From NCBI RefSeq assembly GCF_018350175.1, contig NC_058368.1, forward strand, positions 180,174,001 through 180,238,000: 64,000 nucleotides of DNA, in the 5' to 3' direction. Shown piece after piece: positions 50,163 to 63,816 of the stretch. Made by a program: the position numbers and the translations under genes. Below the pieces are notes generated by a model. It saw nothing but the letters and a program-made list of their open reading frames with translations. It ran no database searches and was not told the origin of the DNA. This DNA comes from Felis catus (Eukaryota). Within the stretch, counting starts at the first letter, position 1. Every line of letters starts with the position of its first letter.

Positions 50163-50984
50163 AAATTAAAATTTTAAAAGTAAGCTCTCAGTACTTGCTC
50201 CCTGGCAGTTTGTGTCCCTTCCTGTCCATATTTACAATCCTTGTCTCATCCTCCATAAGAGAGGGGCAATAAAGCTCAATCATCCATTGCCAACTCTCAG
50301 ACCATCTGTTGTCAAAGTCACTGAATTCCTGGTCAGCTTACTGGCGGACAGAGGTGGAGGGGAGGCCAGGAAAAGATGCTCAATGCCATCCCTTCCTGTT
50401 CCAGCTAGAAGCCTCAGAAAATAGGGGGCATTGAGAAAGGGGTCTCTGGCTTTGCTGTGAGAACTGGAAAATCTAATTTTCTTCTCTGGAAATTTCCCCC
50501 TTTGGAAAGAGGAAGCTGGACTGCAGGGCCCCTGAAGGGACCACGGAACTGTGGCAAAGAGCACGTGATTCCCAATTTATTTAACTCCTCAGGTCCCACC
50601 CCATCTTCAAAATGGTAGATAATAAAATAATTGTAGGCAGTTTACAAGGTTGCTCAATCGAACTAAATAATTCCACAAAAAGTGCTTAGCAGAGTGCCTA
50701 GGACATGGTACGCATTCCATAAATATTAATTATTATTTTTATTGCTATTATTAGTATTCCAACCCCATAACATTTGAGGTGTCTCTTAAGCCAGAGGGTC
50801 CCGTTGTGAATGGCTTTAATTTACAAATGCATTCAACGGTCTGCCTAAAGAGCGGCTCTACAGCCCTGTGTTTAGTGCTTTCCACCGCCCAATGACCAGG
50901 TTTTCTACCTCCAGGGGAAGGCTGCGACTTACAGAACAGCCATGACAGTACCTGCACAGACATAGTACCCTTCCCCTTCTTTTC

Positions 50985-51990
50985 CAGCCGCGGGGTGAAG
51001 CCTGAGCCCCAGACTTCCGCAGCCCGCCCAACTCAGCCACCATTGGTCGCCTCCTCGCTGGCGTGATTAAGGCCCCGCCCCTTCTCTCTGGGACCACGCT
51101 GAGGCGACCTCCGGAAGCGGAGGGGCCTCAGAGGAGGAATGCGATGCAGCCTGGGCTTCGTAGTCCGACTGGAAAGCTGCAGCCAGAGACCGGGGCATCG
51201 CGACCCGAAGAACTACCATCCCCAGCAGCCGGCGGAGAGAGGAGGGGCTGGCGTCACGTGGGCGCTCGGCCTGGGCGGGCTATTTCTCAGTGCGGCGGCG
51301 GCGGCTCGGGGGACCGGGGCCTTTTGTTTGGAGCGGCTGCGGGGGGGCCCCGGAGCGGCGAGGCCGGAGGCCTTCCCCAGCTCGCTCGGTCCCGGCACAC
51401 CCTCGAGGGGGTGGGGAGGCCGCCCCCTGGGCCGGGCCTCGCCTTTGGCGCCGCCGCCCCGCCCCAGGCCCGCCCCGCCCGGCCTGAGGGGAGGAACCGG
51501 CCGGGCCTTCCCGCGCGGCCGAGGCACCTCCGGAGTCGACTCCGCTACCCCCAGTGCTCCGGACCCGAGGCTGCCTTTGGTTCCTTAGGCAGACGCCATG
51601 AAGATCAAGGATGCCAAGAAACCCTGTAAGATGGGGGCTTGGGCCCCCCGGGTTGGGAGAGCACTTTGGGCCCCGTGTAGAAGCGCCTTAGCGGAGCGGC
51701 GTTGTTCCCGGCCCGTCGGCCCTCGCAGGCGCCCGGCACGGGATGGGGGGGCGGAAGGACCATTTCAGCATCGGGGTCGAGGCTCCCTCTTCATTCCCCT
51801 GTGAGCGCGTGACGAACGCCTGCCGCCTCCTGGCCCTTTCCTCCCACTTCCTTCTCGAGATCTGGAAGGCACTTGGGGGAATTTTTGATTCGGGTTTTGC
51901 CAGACCAGACGGGAGCTATCAGTCCGCTGCCCCAGCTGGCTCTGAAGTCAGGTTGAAAATGGGTGTCATTTGCGCAGGGGCATTTACCGC
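50985..51990. promoter_or_regulatory. CpG island / PANK3 promoter and 5' UTR
   Basis: Abrupt GC- and CpG-rich block spanning the PANK3 start. GC boxes (ccccgcccc near 51073 and 51477), ETS-like ccggaag at 51111, inverted CCAAT (attgg near 51042), GTCACGTG at 51253. Confidence 0.9.
51598..51625 (+). CDS. PANK3: Pantothenate kinase 3, coding exon 1 (MKIKDAKKP-S)
   Basis: GCC-ATG at 51598 encodes MKIKDAKKP, the PANK3 N-terminus. GTAAG donor follows 51625. 28 nt, phase 1, joining exon 2 to give TCT (Ser). In-frame TAG at 51586-51588. Confidence 0.95.
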
Positions 51991-54900
51991 CCCCCCCCCT
52001 TTTTTTTTTTTTTTTTTTTTTACTGATTTCTGAGCTTCCAGCATGTGTCCTTGAAATCCTGGTGTGTTCCTGGGAGTTGTCACCGCTGTTACAATTAAAG
52101 CCTTTTTAAAACACGCCTGAGACCTACCAGCGGGTAATTGCTTTGGCTTGTTTTTGTTTAGAATTAACAGCTAGATCGTGTTTGCTTGGAAAAAGAGACA
52201 TAAAAGGATGAAAATCATAGATATTCCCGCCGCTCAGGGCTAACCACTATTAATATTTTGGTGAATACTCAGATTTTTCTACGCCAGTATATATGTACGA
52301 ACTTTTTAAAGAAACATTCTTTCCCATGTTTTAAACGAGCGTATCAACTTTCATTTGCTTCCTTTTATTTTTAGCCTTTTAAAAACCTTTACTCCTGTAA
52401 ATAGCTTATTTAATCATTCATTGTGATTTCATACTAAGTACATTCTCCCAGAGCAACTAGGAATGTGGGGATGCATGCTTATTTCTTAGAGTTGTGTTGA
52501 TAGTTCACAGTTTTTAGCGTCTCAAGTGATAAAACGGAGCACTGACACCTTCCCTTCTGGCCCATCAGGGTTCTTGTTACCTCAAGGGAGAGGCAACTTA
52601 CTGCAGCACTCTGAAAACTATGGATTGTTATTTAAACGTGAGATAATTCATTCTTAATGTTACTGGTGAGGAAATTGAATTTATTTAGCCCCAGAGTAAC
52701 TTTTCCAAGGCTATGCCAACCAACTCTGCTAATGAGGCTCAGGGCCCCAAGTGAACTCCTCGTCCAGTGTTCTTTTTTCTGCACCCATAGGGCATAGTTT
52801 AGTCTAAATACTTAAACACAAACCTTTCTGACGTGGTGATTTTATCTGCCTGCTGAAGAAAATGTGTATTTTATCGATGATTTCTTGTGATCTTTAAAGA
52901 GTACTTACTCAAAGGGTCTATAGAATAGTGATGGGAAGGTTTAAATGACAGTTAATAGAGAACCAGTTTTAATTTTCTTTACATTTGCTGAATTAAACTA
53001 ACCTTGAACAGATGCAGTAACGTCGAACACTTGGACATGTTCCTTTAACACATACATTTTCCCTGCTTGTCTTAGAAGTTCCATTTGGTAAAATGAGTTG
53101 AACTTTGACAAGCTCATATTCTAACTCTTAGGGTATTTTCTTTTTGCCATGATGCTGATGTGGTTTGTTAGATTTGGGCACACTTGTAATCAGGTATGAA
53201 TGCTGCCTCTGTCAAAGGTGCTTCAGCAAAGATAGTACGTAAAGGTTTATAAAATAAACTAAGTTGAGAAAGGAGCACCTGTTTTTTAGAAGTTGCTTAT
53301 TACTGCTTAGGGGACAGTGCTGAAAGAGTCATGCTGAAACACTAGTCAGTTAATCGGATTTAGAAGTCTAAAGTGACATTTCCCGTTTCTTATATGTAAA
53401 AGGTGACTTTGCTGCTTCCTCAGTCCTTCACTGGGAAAGTAAAGAACATCTTGTTTTTGTGTGGGGGAAGTATTTCAATTATGAGCTATAAATATATAGA
53501 ACTAGAAAGTGTCATTTCTGACGTTTCAAACCACTCCGATTAGGGAAAGATGTATTTGTGTTGTTTTTGAGTACTTGTATAGGGTTTTTTTTTTATAAAC
53601 TAAGTGAGCACTTCCTATGTGTAAGGCACTCTTTACATGCATTGCAGCATTAAACAAGTGGCTTTAGCTTCACACTCTTACATTCACCTAAGGGTTAGAA
53701 AACATTGCTTTTAGATACAACACTAATATATTACAGGGTTAGAAACCAAATGCATGTATTTAACCAGAAAGTGAGAAAAAGAATCCGTTTCGTCCTCTAG
53801 TTGTATAATAAGGTTAGTGTTAATTCAACTCCAAGGGAAGGATGAAGTCAAACATGAACCTCATGACAAATTTTTCTAGTGAAAATTTTTCTAGTTTTCT
53901 ATGAAAACCTGAAAAATGGCAATGTTTGCTTGCTTTGCCTTATGTTTTTCACACTGCTTAAGTATTAGATGTTAAAAAGCCAATCACGGGTTCCTCTCTA
54001 CCTGGACTGACCTGGACTGATCTCTTAAGATATATTCAGTCTTTGTTTTGCTTACCTTTGTGACATGAAGCCTGATTAACAAGGGGACAGTAAAAGATAA
54101 ATTTTTTTAATTTGATGAGATAAAGGTTTTTGAATCTCTGCTTTGCTAACCCAACCTGAAGCTGTTGTCAAGATCAGAGAGAAGTATATGGCATATATGT
54201 GTAGTTTGGCCTGTTTGTAAATTGAATCATTGTTTAACAATTATCACTTCCAGTAGATAATAAGGTACAATTTAATATGATAGTTTCTAACATTCCCTTA
54301 GATGTACCTAATTTACCAAAGGAAAAAAAAATCTTACGTGATGCTTTTCTAAGGAATTGTGACACTGAAGGTGTGAAGGTGATTATTTTCTTAGTCTATT
54401 TTGAAACACCAGCATTTTTATTTGGAGTGATTATTGGGAAGAGCAAAATGTCTTTTTTATCCAAGAAGTTGAAGCATACTTGGAGTTTACCAGTGCACAT
54501 TCCCATTTTAGAATTTTGTTTCTTAAAATAATCTAATGTCTTGAACATTTTCATCATTGGTTGCTCTTTCTGCTAAAGAATAATTAAATCCTAATTTGGC
54601 ATAGGATCCCTTTGGGCTGAAATCTGCATGGGGCCAAGAGCAATTAAATGTTTTGATAATGCTTCTCCCCCACCCCTTTACAATGCCTAGCAAGACACCA
54701 AACTCACATAACACAACTTACTAGAAATTAACAGTTTGCCCTGTGGCTAGATGTCTCCTGCTGTTTAATCATTTCAGAAAGTGACTGGACATGCAGGTTT
54801 CTTCATTCATGATCCACCCTGGTAAGGAAGATAATTCTTGGTAGCACTTTATGCTTATGGTAGTCCTGGATATTTTTGTTACTTACAGGGAACTAATGGC

Positions 54901-57900
54901 AGCTCTTTTAGGCTTGGCTGAGAAATAGACTAGGAACTATTATTTTTTTGAAGTCCAAGTAAATCACAGGAGATTCTAGGAAAGTCTGGGGAAGGCAATG
55001 CATATTTGCCATCATCAAAGTACGTATTTGTATTTATGGAGTGTGTGCTTTGTTTTTTAAATGTGTGTTTTGGTTCATTTTCTTTTTTTACCTTGGCAGT
55101 GGAGAGTTTAATTCTCAAAGAATAAAAAAATATTTAGCTTATATGCAGTAAGTAGGCTGCTCTTGCACTGGTGACCTACTTTTAACCTATCCCTTGGCTA
55201 AAAGCAACAAAGCTATAGGTATAGATACTTGCCTGACTTTTTAGAAAACTGATATTTTTATTACCTCATAAGCTATTAGTGGACCTGTGGTTGTACTTAA
55301 TAACCTTATATTTGCTTCATGCTTTCATTGCAAATAAAGTTTGAGCTCCAGGATCCTTTCCCCTCCTATTTTGGTCAGTGAGAAAATGTTTTTTTTTTTT
55401 TTGTTTTTTTTTTTTTTTTTTTATGTACTGAACAATGTAAAGATCGGTTATTTGACCACTTACTAAATGATAGGAGTGGGTCATAATTAAGGATTTGTGT
55501 TTTCTGTGGTGCACGTCTGGCTGGATCAGTTGTTAGAGCATGCAGTTCTTGATCTCTGGGTTGTGAGTTCCAACCCCATGTTAGGTGTAGAGATTACTTA
55601 AAAAATAAAATCTTTAAAAAAAAAAGAAGAAGAACTTGTGTTTTCTGTGTTCTTATTGCCTTCTCCATACTTTTTGAATGTGATCCTCCCCACCTGCCCA
55701 CATAAGGAAATGAATTCCAGAATTCTGCTGAGTTGAAAGGCTCACTAATACCAAAGGTGGCTGTTACCAGTTTTTTTGTTTTTTTTTTTGGTCAGTGGCA
55801 AAACTGAGTTCTCTTTCAGTATCTACCTTCCTGATTTTAAGAAGAGAATTACCATAAGTGAGATTTACTAAGAAATAGAGGGAACATGTTATGTTCTAGA
55901 TTGCACATGATGATGAGTGAGAAACTCATCATTTACAATCTAGTTACCCTTCCTTTAAGAACAGACATCTCCTAGGCTAGATGTGAGATGAATCTTGAGC
56001 TTTTTGCATTCATAATTTTAAAAGCTTACCTCTAGGCAATAACCCTTAAAGAAATTACATAGTTCTTCCAACTTAATCTGAGGTATTTGGAAGAACCTTC
56101 TGTTTCTTTAGTGTACAAAAGTGGCTACACAAAGATTTAAAATTGAATGGTAGGTGTGCCTGGAAAGCTCAGTTAGCTAAGCTTCTGACTTTTGACCTCA
56201 GCTCAGGTCTTGGTCTCCCTGGGCTCCGTGCTGGGCTTGAAGCCTACTTAAAAAGATAAAATTGAACGGTAGTACTCTGTTTCATAAATTTGTTGTTGTT
56301 GATGGTTGTTAGGTCATACATATTTTATATTCTTCAGCAATTAATGTAATTTAAAAGAAATAAGGGATTTGGTATACTGTAATAATAAAACAGCTTTGTT
56401 TACAAATGTTTTTTACTTTCTGTGTGGAGTTTTCCTTTTCAGATAGGACAAGTTTGGTTGTTTCATGCAAATAGATCAAGAAAAGCCTTTTAAAAGAAGA
56501 AGAAGAAGTGAAAGGTTTTTGTTTTTCGTTATCATTTTAATGATAATTACACCTAAACAGTCATTTTCTGTCTCTGAGAAAGAACTGGTTAACACTTTCT
56601 TGCACCCAATCCTGTTTCATTCACAAACAGGATTTCATTCTGTGAGCCTTTCTGTTGCCTACTCCACAGTTCCGTGTTTTGGAATTGGCCATTGCCCTTT
56701 GGGGTCAAAAACCATAGTGCTAACCACACAGGTTTAGAAAAGTAGAAAGTTTCTTCCTCCCCAGTATTTTTATCTGTAAACTTCAAGTATCTTCCTAGCC
56801 AGTAAGTAAGGTTCTTTTAAAAATTATGGTTTCATGTAAGAATTAAAAGTTCTTCACATAAGTGTTAATTGGTTTTTTTTTTTTCTTTCAAAAATGGCAG
56901 TGTTCACTTACTTATAAGCCTGGGAGTAGGCAGGGACTTCTGACTAAAAATAAAAATAAAATGAACTTTGAACTTGGTAATGTTACAGCGTTATAGTTTG
57001 CGTGGAAGTAACATTTTTATTTGTATATTTTGACAGGACAAAGGCATAGAAAGAAAAACTATAAACTTAAACAATTTTTAAAGTATTTTGAACTTTGGAA
57101 GAAAATAAAAGTTTTTAGCTCAATAAAACTCACCTTGTAGAAACTTTTCTATCCCAAAATATACTTTACATAGCAGCAATGATTTGCACACCCACCCCCA
57201 TGAAATCTAGAATCAAGCATCAATCAAATCAATCATTTTGGTTATATAATCTTGTTTTATCTAATATCCGTTGAAAAGTGTCCTAACTGCATATCTGTTC
57301 AACAGTTTGGGAAAATTCTGAAGGCATCTCTGATTTATTGGATCAGTAAAGCTACTCTGTATTGTTTTCTTTTAAGACAAACAGTTGCTGTGAATATCCC
57401 CTTTGTAACTGTTAGTATTGCTACTTCCTAGTAGGGATTGAAAAATTGAGAAACTTTAGCCTGTTTCTTTTACTACATCTTAGTTATTTATAAAAACATA
57501 GGCATAAAAGCATAATGCCTCTTTGGGGTCTTACTGCCACCCATATTATGGTCTTATATCATTTTACAATTTTTTTAAAGAAGTTTCTATTTTAAGATTG
57601 TCTTTAATGTAGACCTATATCTGCAACTTAGGTTTCCAATACAAAAACAGGCTAGAAAGAAAGAAAAGGAAAGAAAGAAAAGTGAGCTCTTTCTCCAGAA
57701 AAAGATAAGAATTATACTTCCTCATATTTAATATTAATTTCAGTAAATGTAAAATTCTGTAATGGAGAAATATATAGAATCCTATCTTGCTGAATTGTAT
57801 GTTCCTGGTTTCTAATAGTCACACATAACAAAAACACTAATATTTAAGAAACAGAATTTTAGAGGGAACTAGTCGTCTTTGACAACTTATACGTAAAAAC

Positions 57901-58597
57901 CTGTTATGTATTTTATTCTGAGGCATTTTGTAATGTATGTATTTAAGTATTAAATTATTTTGATTATCATCTTGTTTAAGAGATGAATAGAGATGAATAC
58001 AGAGAATAGAAACAGACCTTAAAGAAACTTGGATTCAGAGAAGTTAATGGCTTTTCTAAAGTCATATAGTCCAGTTAGTGAAAGAGCACCAGAGCACTGG
58101 TACATATTAACCAGATGTACCAAAGAAACCTAATGCTTAATGAGAAAGAATAAGATTTCTTTTTAAGGAGGTACTTTTACCTTGGGTTACTTGAAGTAAT
58201 TATAGGCCAATTTTACTATGTTAAAATGTTACTAGAAACATTATCAAGTCCTAGCTGGTGACCTATTTATTAAAACAGAATTGTTCCAAATTTTTCCTGA
58301 TCCCCTGCGGCATATGGTAAGTATTTAATAAATGAAAAGGAATGCCTACCTGACGAGGAATTAAAAAGCCCTGGACCAGCTCTAAGCATCCTATATTACA
58401 GAGTTTTAGAGAATATACAAAGTAATGCTTCAAATGGAAAAAGTTGAGTTGCACATAGAAGATGCATCTTACCCCAAAAATATTACTGACTGCATGATTC
58501 AGAGTAAGCGAAATTTGTGGCTAATTAACTAGTTTCTAACTAATTTGTGTTTCTAAAACCAATGTAGGTAAAGTTATTACTTTTTTTTAATCCACAG

Positions 58598-58950
58598 CTT
58601 TCCCATGGTTTGGCATGGACATTGGGGGGACTCTAGTAAAGCTCTCCTATTTTGAACCTATTGATATCACAGCAGAGGAAGAACAAGAAGAGGTTGAGAG
58701 CTTAAAAAGTATCCGGAAATATTTGACTTCTAATGTAGCATATGGATCCACTGGTATTCGGGATGTACACCTTGAACTGAAGGATTTAACACTTTTTGGC
58801 CGAAGAGGGAACTTGCACTTTATCAGATTTCCAACCCATGACCTGCCTACTTTTATCCAAATGGGAAGAGATAAAAACTTCTCAACATTACACACGGTGC
58901 TATGTGCTACAGGAGGTGGTGCTTACAAGTTTGAAGAAGATTTCCGCACA
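58598..58950 (+). CDS. PANK3: PANK3 coding exon 2
   Basis: ttttttttaatccacAG acceptor. Encodes [15 protein letters not shown]...[15 protein letters not shown], including the DIGGT phosphate-binding motif. GTAGGT donor; 353 nt. Confidence 0.97.
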
Positions 58951-59114
58951 GTAGGTATCTGTTACTCAAAGCCAAACATTGATACCCATTCTCTTTAATT
59001 TTTAAAACATGAGTCTAGGTTTCCTTCCATCTTACATGTTTCTTAGATTAGTTGCCCCTGCTTGGATACAGAGGAAGTTTATATTCATGACAAGCTTTTC
59101 ATCTGGGACACGTT

Positions 59115-59280
59115 TTTGGCGGTGGGGGGTGGGGTGGGAGGGGGCAGAGGGAGACAGTCTCAAGCAGGCTCCACTCTCAACGTAGAGCCCAACATGGGGC
59201 TCCATCTCATAGCCTTGAGACCATGACCTGAGCCAAAATCAAGAGTAAGACATTTAACCAACTGAGCAACCTAGGCACCC
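59115..59280 (-). mobile_element. Can-SINE in PANK3 intron 2
   Basis: Reverse SINE body. Short SINE forms also occur at about 15195-15292, 24133-24245, 55508-55625, 56153-56255 and 62140-62208. Confidence 0.85.
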
Positions 59281-61188
59281 TTCTTTTGGGGCACTTAAAC
59301 ACCTTTATAGACTGAGTAAAAAATCACCCAGATTTGGCCTTATTGTACATAATGTTTGGTAAAACCTGCTAGGTTTAGGGACTGTTACAAAGCTACCATA
59401 AGAAGAAATTTCAGTGAATTTGGTAGTGTACGAAGCCAGATACAAGTGGGGTTTGAATTATTTTCACTATTACTGTCCTGTGTTTGCATTGCTCTTTGTT
59501 ATTACTCATATAGCCCTCTCTCCTAGGGCCATCCCCCTCCCCCAAAGAAAAACAGCTGAAGCCAGTGTCTTTTGACTAGTAGACATCTGAATGAAAGTCC
59601 CTATTACCTTCTTTTCCTGATTTTATCTGTCAACATTACCATGGTCTTGTCTCAAAGAGTGCCATTTGGAAATGGCAAATGTAAGCATTGATTTATGTGC
59701 TAGTGGGGGTTTGCCAAGCTTCTAGTTCTTTCCATTAGAGTAAAGATTAGAAAGTTGGCATTTGGGGCTACTGAAATTTGTTTTCTGTGAAAATATGCAA
59801 GTGGACCGTTTAATTTCTTAAATTTATATAAGAAAAATCTTAATAGAACATAAAGTGATCACTTACATGGCTCATATAACATAAGCCCCTTAAACTTTGG
59901 GATAGTTTAAAAGTCTAAGTTTTATTAATTCTTTTATTTTGATGGATAATACTGATTTGTTTTCAATTTATTGAATAATTTGAACATAAATTTCATAAAT
60001 TTGAGACCAGTTTGCTGGGACATGAGATATTTGGTGTTTAATATTCTTACCAAAAGCAGTGTCCTTGATGCCAGCTTTCATTTCACCTGGCCACTATCAA
60101 TATTTTCTAGTGATGAAGTTCTGTAATAACTTTCCTGTTGATGCTCCATCATTTATTAAGCTAATAATTGAGCATGTAGTATATGTCAGGTATTATGCTA
60201 GACACAGCTCAGCTGGAAATAAGACACAGTCCTAGCCCCGGAAGAATGTAGTAGTCTAGACCACACAAATGATTTAAAAGTAAAAGTACCGTGTCTGATA
60301 ATTAATGCTATTGCTGTGAAAAACAGTGCCACGGGAACACCAGAGTAGTGTGGTACCTAACAAGTTCTGGATAATGAAAGCTTCCCAGAGGAAGTGATCT
60401 CTAAGCTGAGATTTTATTACAAATACTTTATAACATTCTTTACTAACCTGAAGTGAGTTTAATAATTTCAAACTAGTACTCAAAGTATAATATAGAGACA
60501 GGAAATGAAGTTATTTATATATTGGTAGATTTCTCTAGTAGGATCACATAAAAGGGGCATAATGAAATAGTTAGATACTGGCACTTAGATATACATTCAC
60601 CGTAAATTCTAAAGCCACAAATGCTAACAGATTGATATGGAAGTCCAGTATTTCCTCAGTTTATATAATGGTTGCATTCCTAGCAAATTTAGTGTATATA
60701 TATTAAAGCCATATAAAGAATACTTTATGTTTACATAGGCATGGATAATTATAAACAAATTTTCCTACTGCTACCTACAAAAATGTCTGTCAGAACAGTG
60801 AAAGAGCAGGAATGGGATATTTCTTTGTTTTGCACAACTGCCCCACTCACTGGAGTTGTGCCCCACTCATTTGTACAACTGCCCCACTCATCTGACATCA
60901 CAAGTCCCTGCCCATTAAATGTTAGTTTGGTTCTTTTCTCCTATCTTTGTGAAAACTGAAAATCCCCACAAATACCTCCAGAGGTAATACCACCATCACC
61001 GAGAATCATAGGACTAAGAGATGTTGACACAAAACAAGTGGAAATGTATAGATGATTTTGAAGTTTTATAAAGTATGTGAAAATTATACAGTGCATTTGA
61101 GTCAAATATTTTTAATACTGTCCCTTGTTCACTTTGTACAACTTTTTTGGTGTTTTTGTGTGTTTCTGTTTTTGTTTTTGTTTTACAG

Positions 61189-61442
61189 ATTGGAAACCTC
61201 CACCTGCACAAACTGGATGAACTTGACTGCCTTGTAAAGGGCTTGCTGTATATAGATTCTGTCAGTTTCAATGGACAAGCAGAGTGCTATTATTTTGCTA
61301 ATGCCTCAGAACCTGAGCGATGCCAAAAGATGCCTTTTAACTTGGATGATCCCTATCCACTGCTGATAGTGAACATTGGTTCAGGAGTCAGTATTTTAGC
61401 AGTCCATTCCAAAGACAACTATAAACGAGTAACCGGGACAAG
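61189..61442 (+). CDS. PANK3: PANK3 coding exon 3
   Basis: Polypyrimidine tract + acAG. Encodes [15 protein letters not shown]...NIGSGVSIL...YKRVTGT. GTAGTA donor; 254 nt. Confidence 0.97.
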
Positions 61443-63009
61443 GTAGTAACCTCTTTGTTCTTATTGCAGCATTCATGTTGTTTTATACACAGAAGTTGTG
61501 AATTTTTCATACTAATGCCAGCCTTTAACATGTATTTATGCAATAGAAAAAAAAGGTAGATGTGTAAGTAGAAGTTAAAGTGTTACAGATAATTTTGTTT
61601 CATAAGGTATGTGTGTAAAGACTCAAACTGAAATCATTATTTATATTTGCTTAGCAACAGTTGGTACTAAACTTTCCACAATTCTAAGAGGGAATTTTTA
61701 TCTGGAATGATTCCAGGGACTTTTTTATTTTCCAAAGCATTCTTCTCTCCTTTCACTATTTTATAGATATATTTAAGCCTAATGCTTGACACTGGTTAGC
61801 TTGCATGCTGATTGGATTAGATTCATATTTAAGTGTTGTGTTAGACAACATTATGATAATTCTTATAGGATGAATTGAACATAAGCTCTTTATGGAATAA
61901 CATTAATGTTCCAAATATCCCAGTGTTTTCTATAATGCCTGAAGTATTGTGAAATGAAATTTTTAAATTGTCCTTATGATTCTGATATATACTTTATCAG
62001 CTTTTAAGGAGGGTAGAGACTCCTTTTTATTTGAGGAAGAAAGATTTTGGGGTTTATGAAAAATACTCATTTCCATTTTAAAGTAGTGCTCTTATTAAAG
62101 TGATACTTAATATTTTTGTTCGTTTTAATTAAACTGCCCCCCTCATGGAGCTCAGACTCACAACTCTGAGGGTCACATGTTCTACTGGCTGAGCCAGCCA
62201 GGCGCCCCTAAGTGATCCTTAAATTAGTATTTTATATCTATGGTGGCTAAAAATCTACCTCTATTGTGATGCTCTATGCCAGAGAATTACAGGGAAGTAT
62301 TACCTACTGCAGTCAATTCTAAAAGAAATTAAGTCTGGTTAACTAAATTCCAGCAGTGACCAGGAATAGAGTCTGTTAGAAATTGAGGTGAAACTGAGGA
62401 ACAAAGGTTTTGATTTTAGGGGTTAGAGAGACATTTCATTTTATCAGCATATCCAAAAGAATAACGGAACCAAGTAAATTACTGGCATTAACATATTGAC
62501 CAGACTGACAAAAATTTTCTCACCATATTCATTTCTGGGTCACATTAAATGCTTATGTATCACAGTGAATTGATTTCAGCCTTGTCAGACCAAGTAAATA
62601 GACCTTTCACTAAATCATTTCCTGGAAACCATTTAGAGTTACAAATTTTCTCCTTTTAATTCATATAGTAATTTTTAACATTTAAACTGTTTTTTCACAC
62701 ACATAAAAGCATTTATTTTTTGGCAATTACAAAGTGTAAGGAATTGGTAAAGATAATAGAAGATATAAAATATCTCTTCCATCCTCATGATGCTTCCACC
62801 AAGTGATTATCTTTCCCTTTGGTTTATTTCATCTGACAAATTTGGTTTTGCTAGGCATTTTTCTTACCTTCATTATGTTGATATTTCAGCACTTGGCATT
62901 AGCAATATGTTCTTTCTTTGTGTTTGTTGAATATATGAATACTCTTATTTTTACTCTGGAAGAAGAATACAGTGTATAAATGTAACTTACCCAGTTTTAT
63001 TTTCTTTAG

Positions 63010-63186
63010 CCTTGGAGGAGGTACCTTTCTGGGTTTATGCTGTCTGTTGACTGGCTGTGAAAGTTTTGAAGAGGCTCTTGAAATGGCATCCAAAGGTGAC
63101 AGCACCCAAGCCGACAAGCTGGTCCGTGATATTTATGGAGGAGATTATGAAAGATTTCGTCTGCCAGGTTGGGCTGTAGCATCTAG
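63010..63186 (+). CDS. PANK3: PANK3 coding exon 4
   Basis: tttctttAG acceptor. Encodes (S)[15 protein letters not shown]...[24 protein letters not shown] donor; 177 nt, frame preserved. Confidence 0.97.
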
Positions 63187-63816
63187 GTAACTTTAATATT
63201 TATGTTGTAATGAAAGTTGCCTATTTAGTTTTTAGAAAGCAATATATTAGGAAGTTGTAAGGAGGCTTACTTACTCTTAACCCAGTTTAGGTTCCAAGTT
63301 TTGAACATTCATGTAGTTTAAAAATTAGATACACATTAAGAAGTCTCCCAGGTATATACCCTATAGGAAACCATTTTTATTCTTGTGCATCCTTTTGGTT
63401 TTTCTTGATGCAAATGTAAATACATATCCTTATCCTCCCCTTACTTAGAAGGTAACTTTCAGAAGGTAATATTTGTATACTACCATACAGCATATTGTCA
63501 AGATACCCCAGTCTATCTGCTGGCCTCCCACCCTACCTTCATTTCTCTCTCTTTCTCACCTTCTTTTCTCCCCCTTCCCTTTTTCTCTCCCTCTCCCCCC
63601 CCTTATTAACAGCTTCTTGGTATTTTATTGTGTGGGTTTATCGAAGTTTGTTGGATGTTTTGGTGGTTACCAGTATTTTGCTGTGTATAGCTCAATGGGT
63701 CAGTCAGTAACCTTGTTAACATGCATTATTTTGTACATACCATATTTATCTGTAAGATAAATTCCCAAAAATGTTGATTATCAGCAGAATTGATTTTGTC
63801 TTTCATTTCTTTGCAG

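Noticed and set aside
51063..51629. Long overlapping ORFs (188 aa, 149 aa and others) in the CpG island; possible PANK2-like N-terminal extension of PANK3
   Set aside because: Stop-poor GC-rich DNA explains them. An in-frame TAG at 51586-51588 lies just upstream of the PANK3 ATG, excluding a contiguous extension.
60828..60890. Triple repeat of tgccccactca resembling a spaced array
   Set aside because: Only three short units with tiny spacers in a eukaryotic intron; a local duplication, not CRISPR-like.
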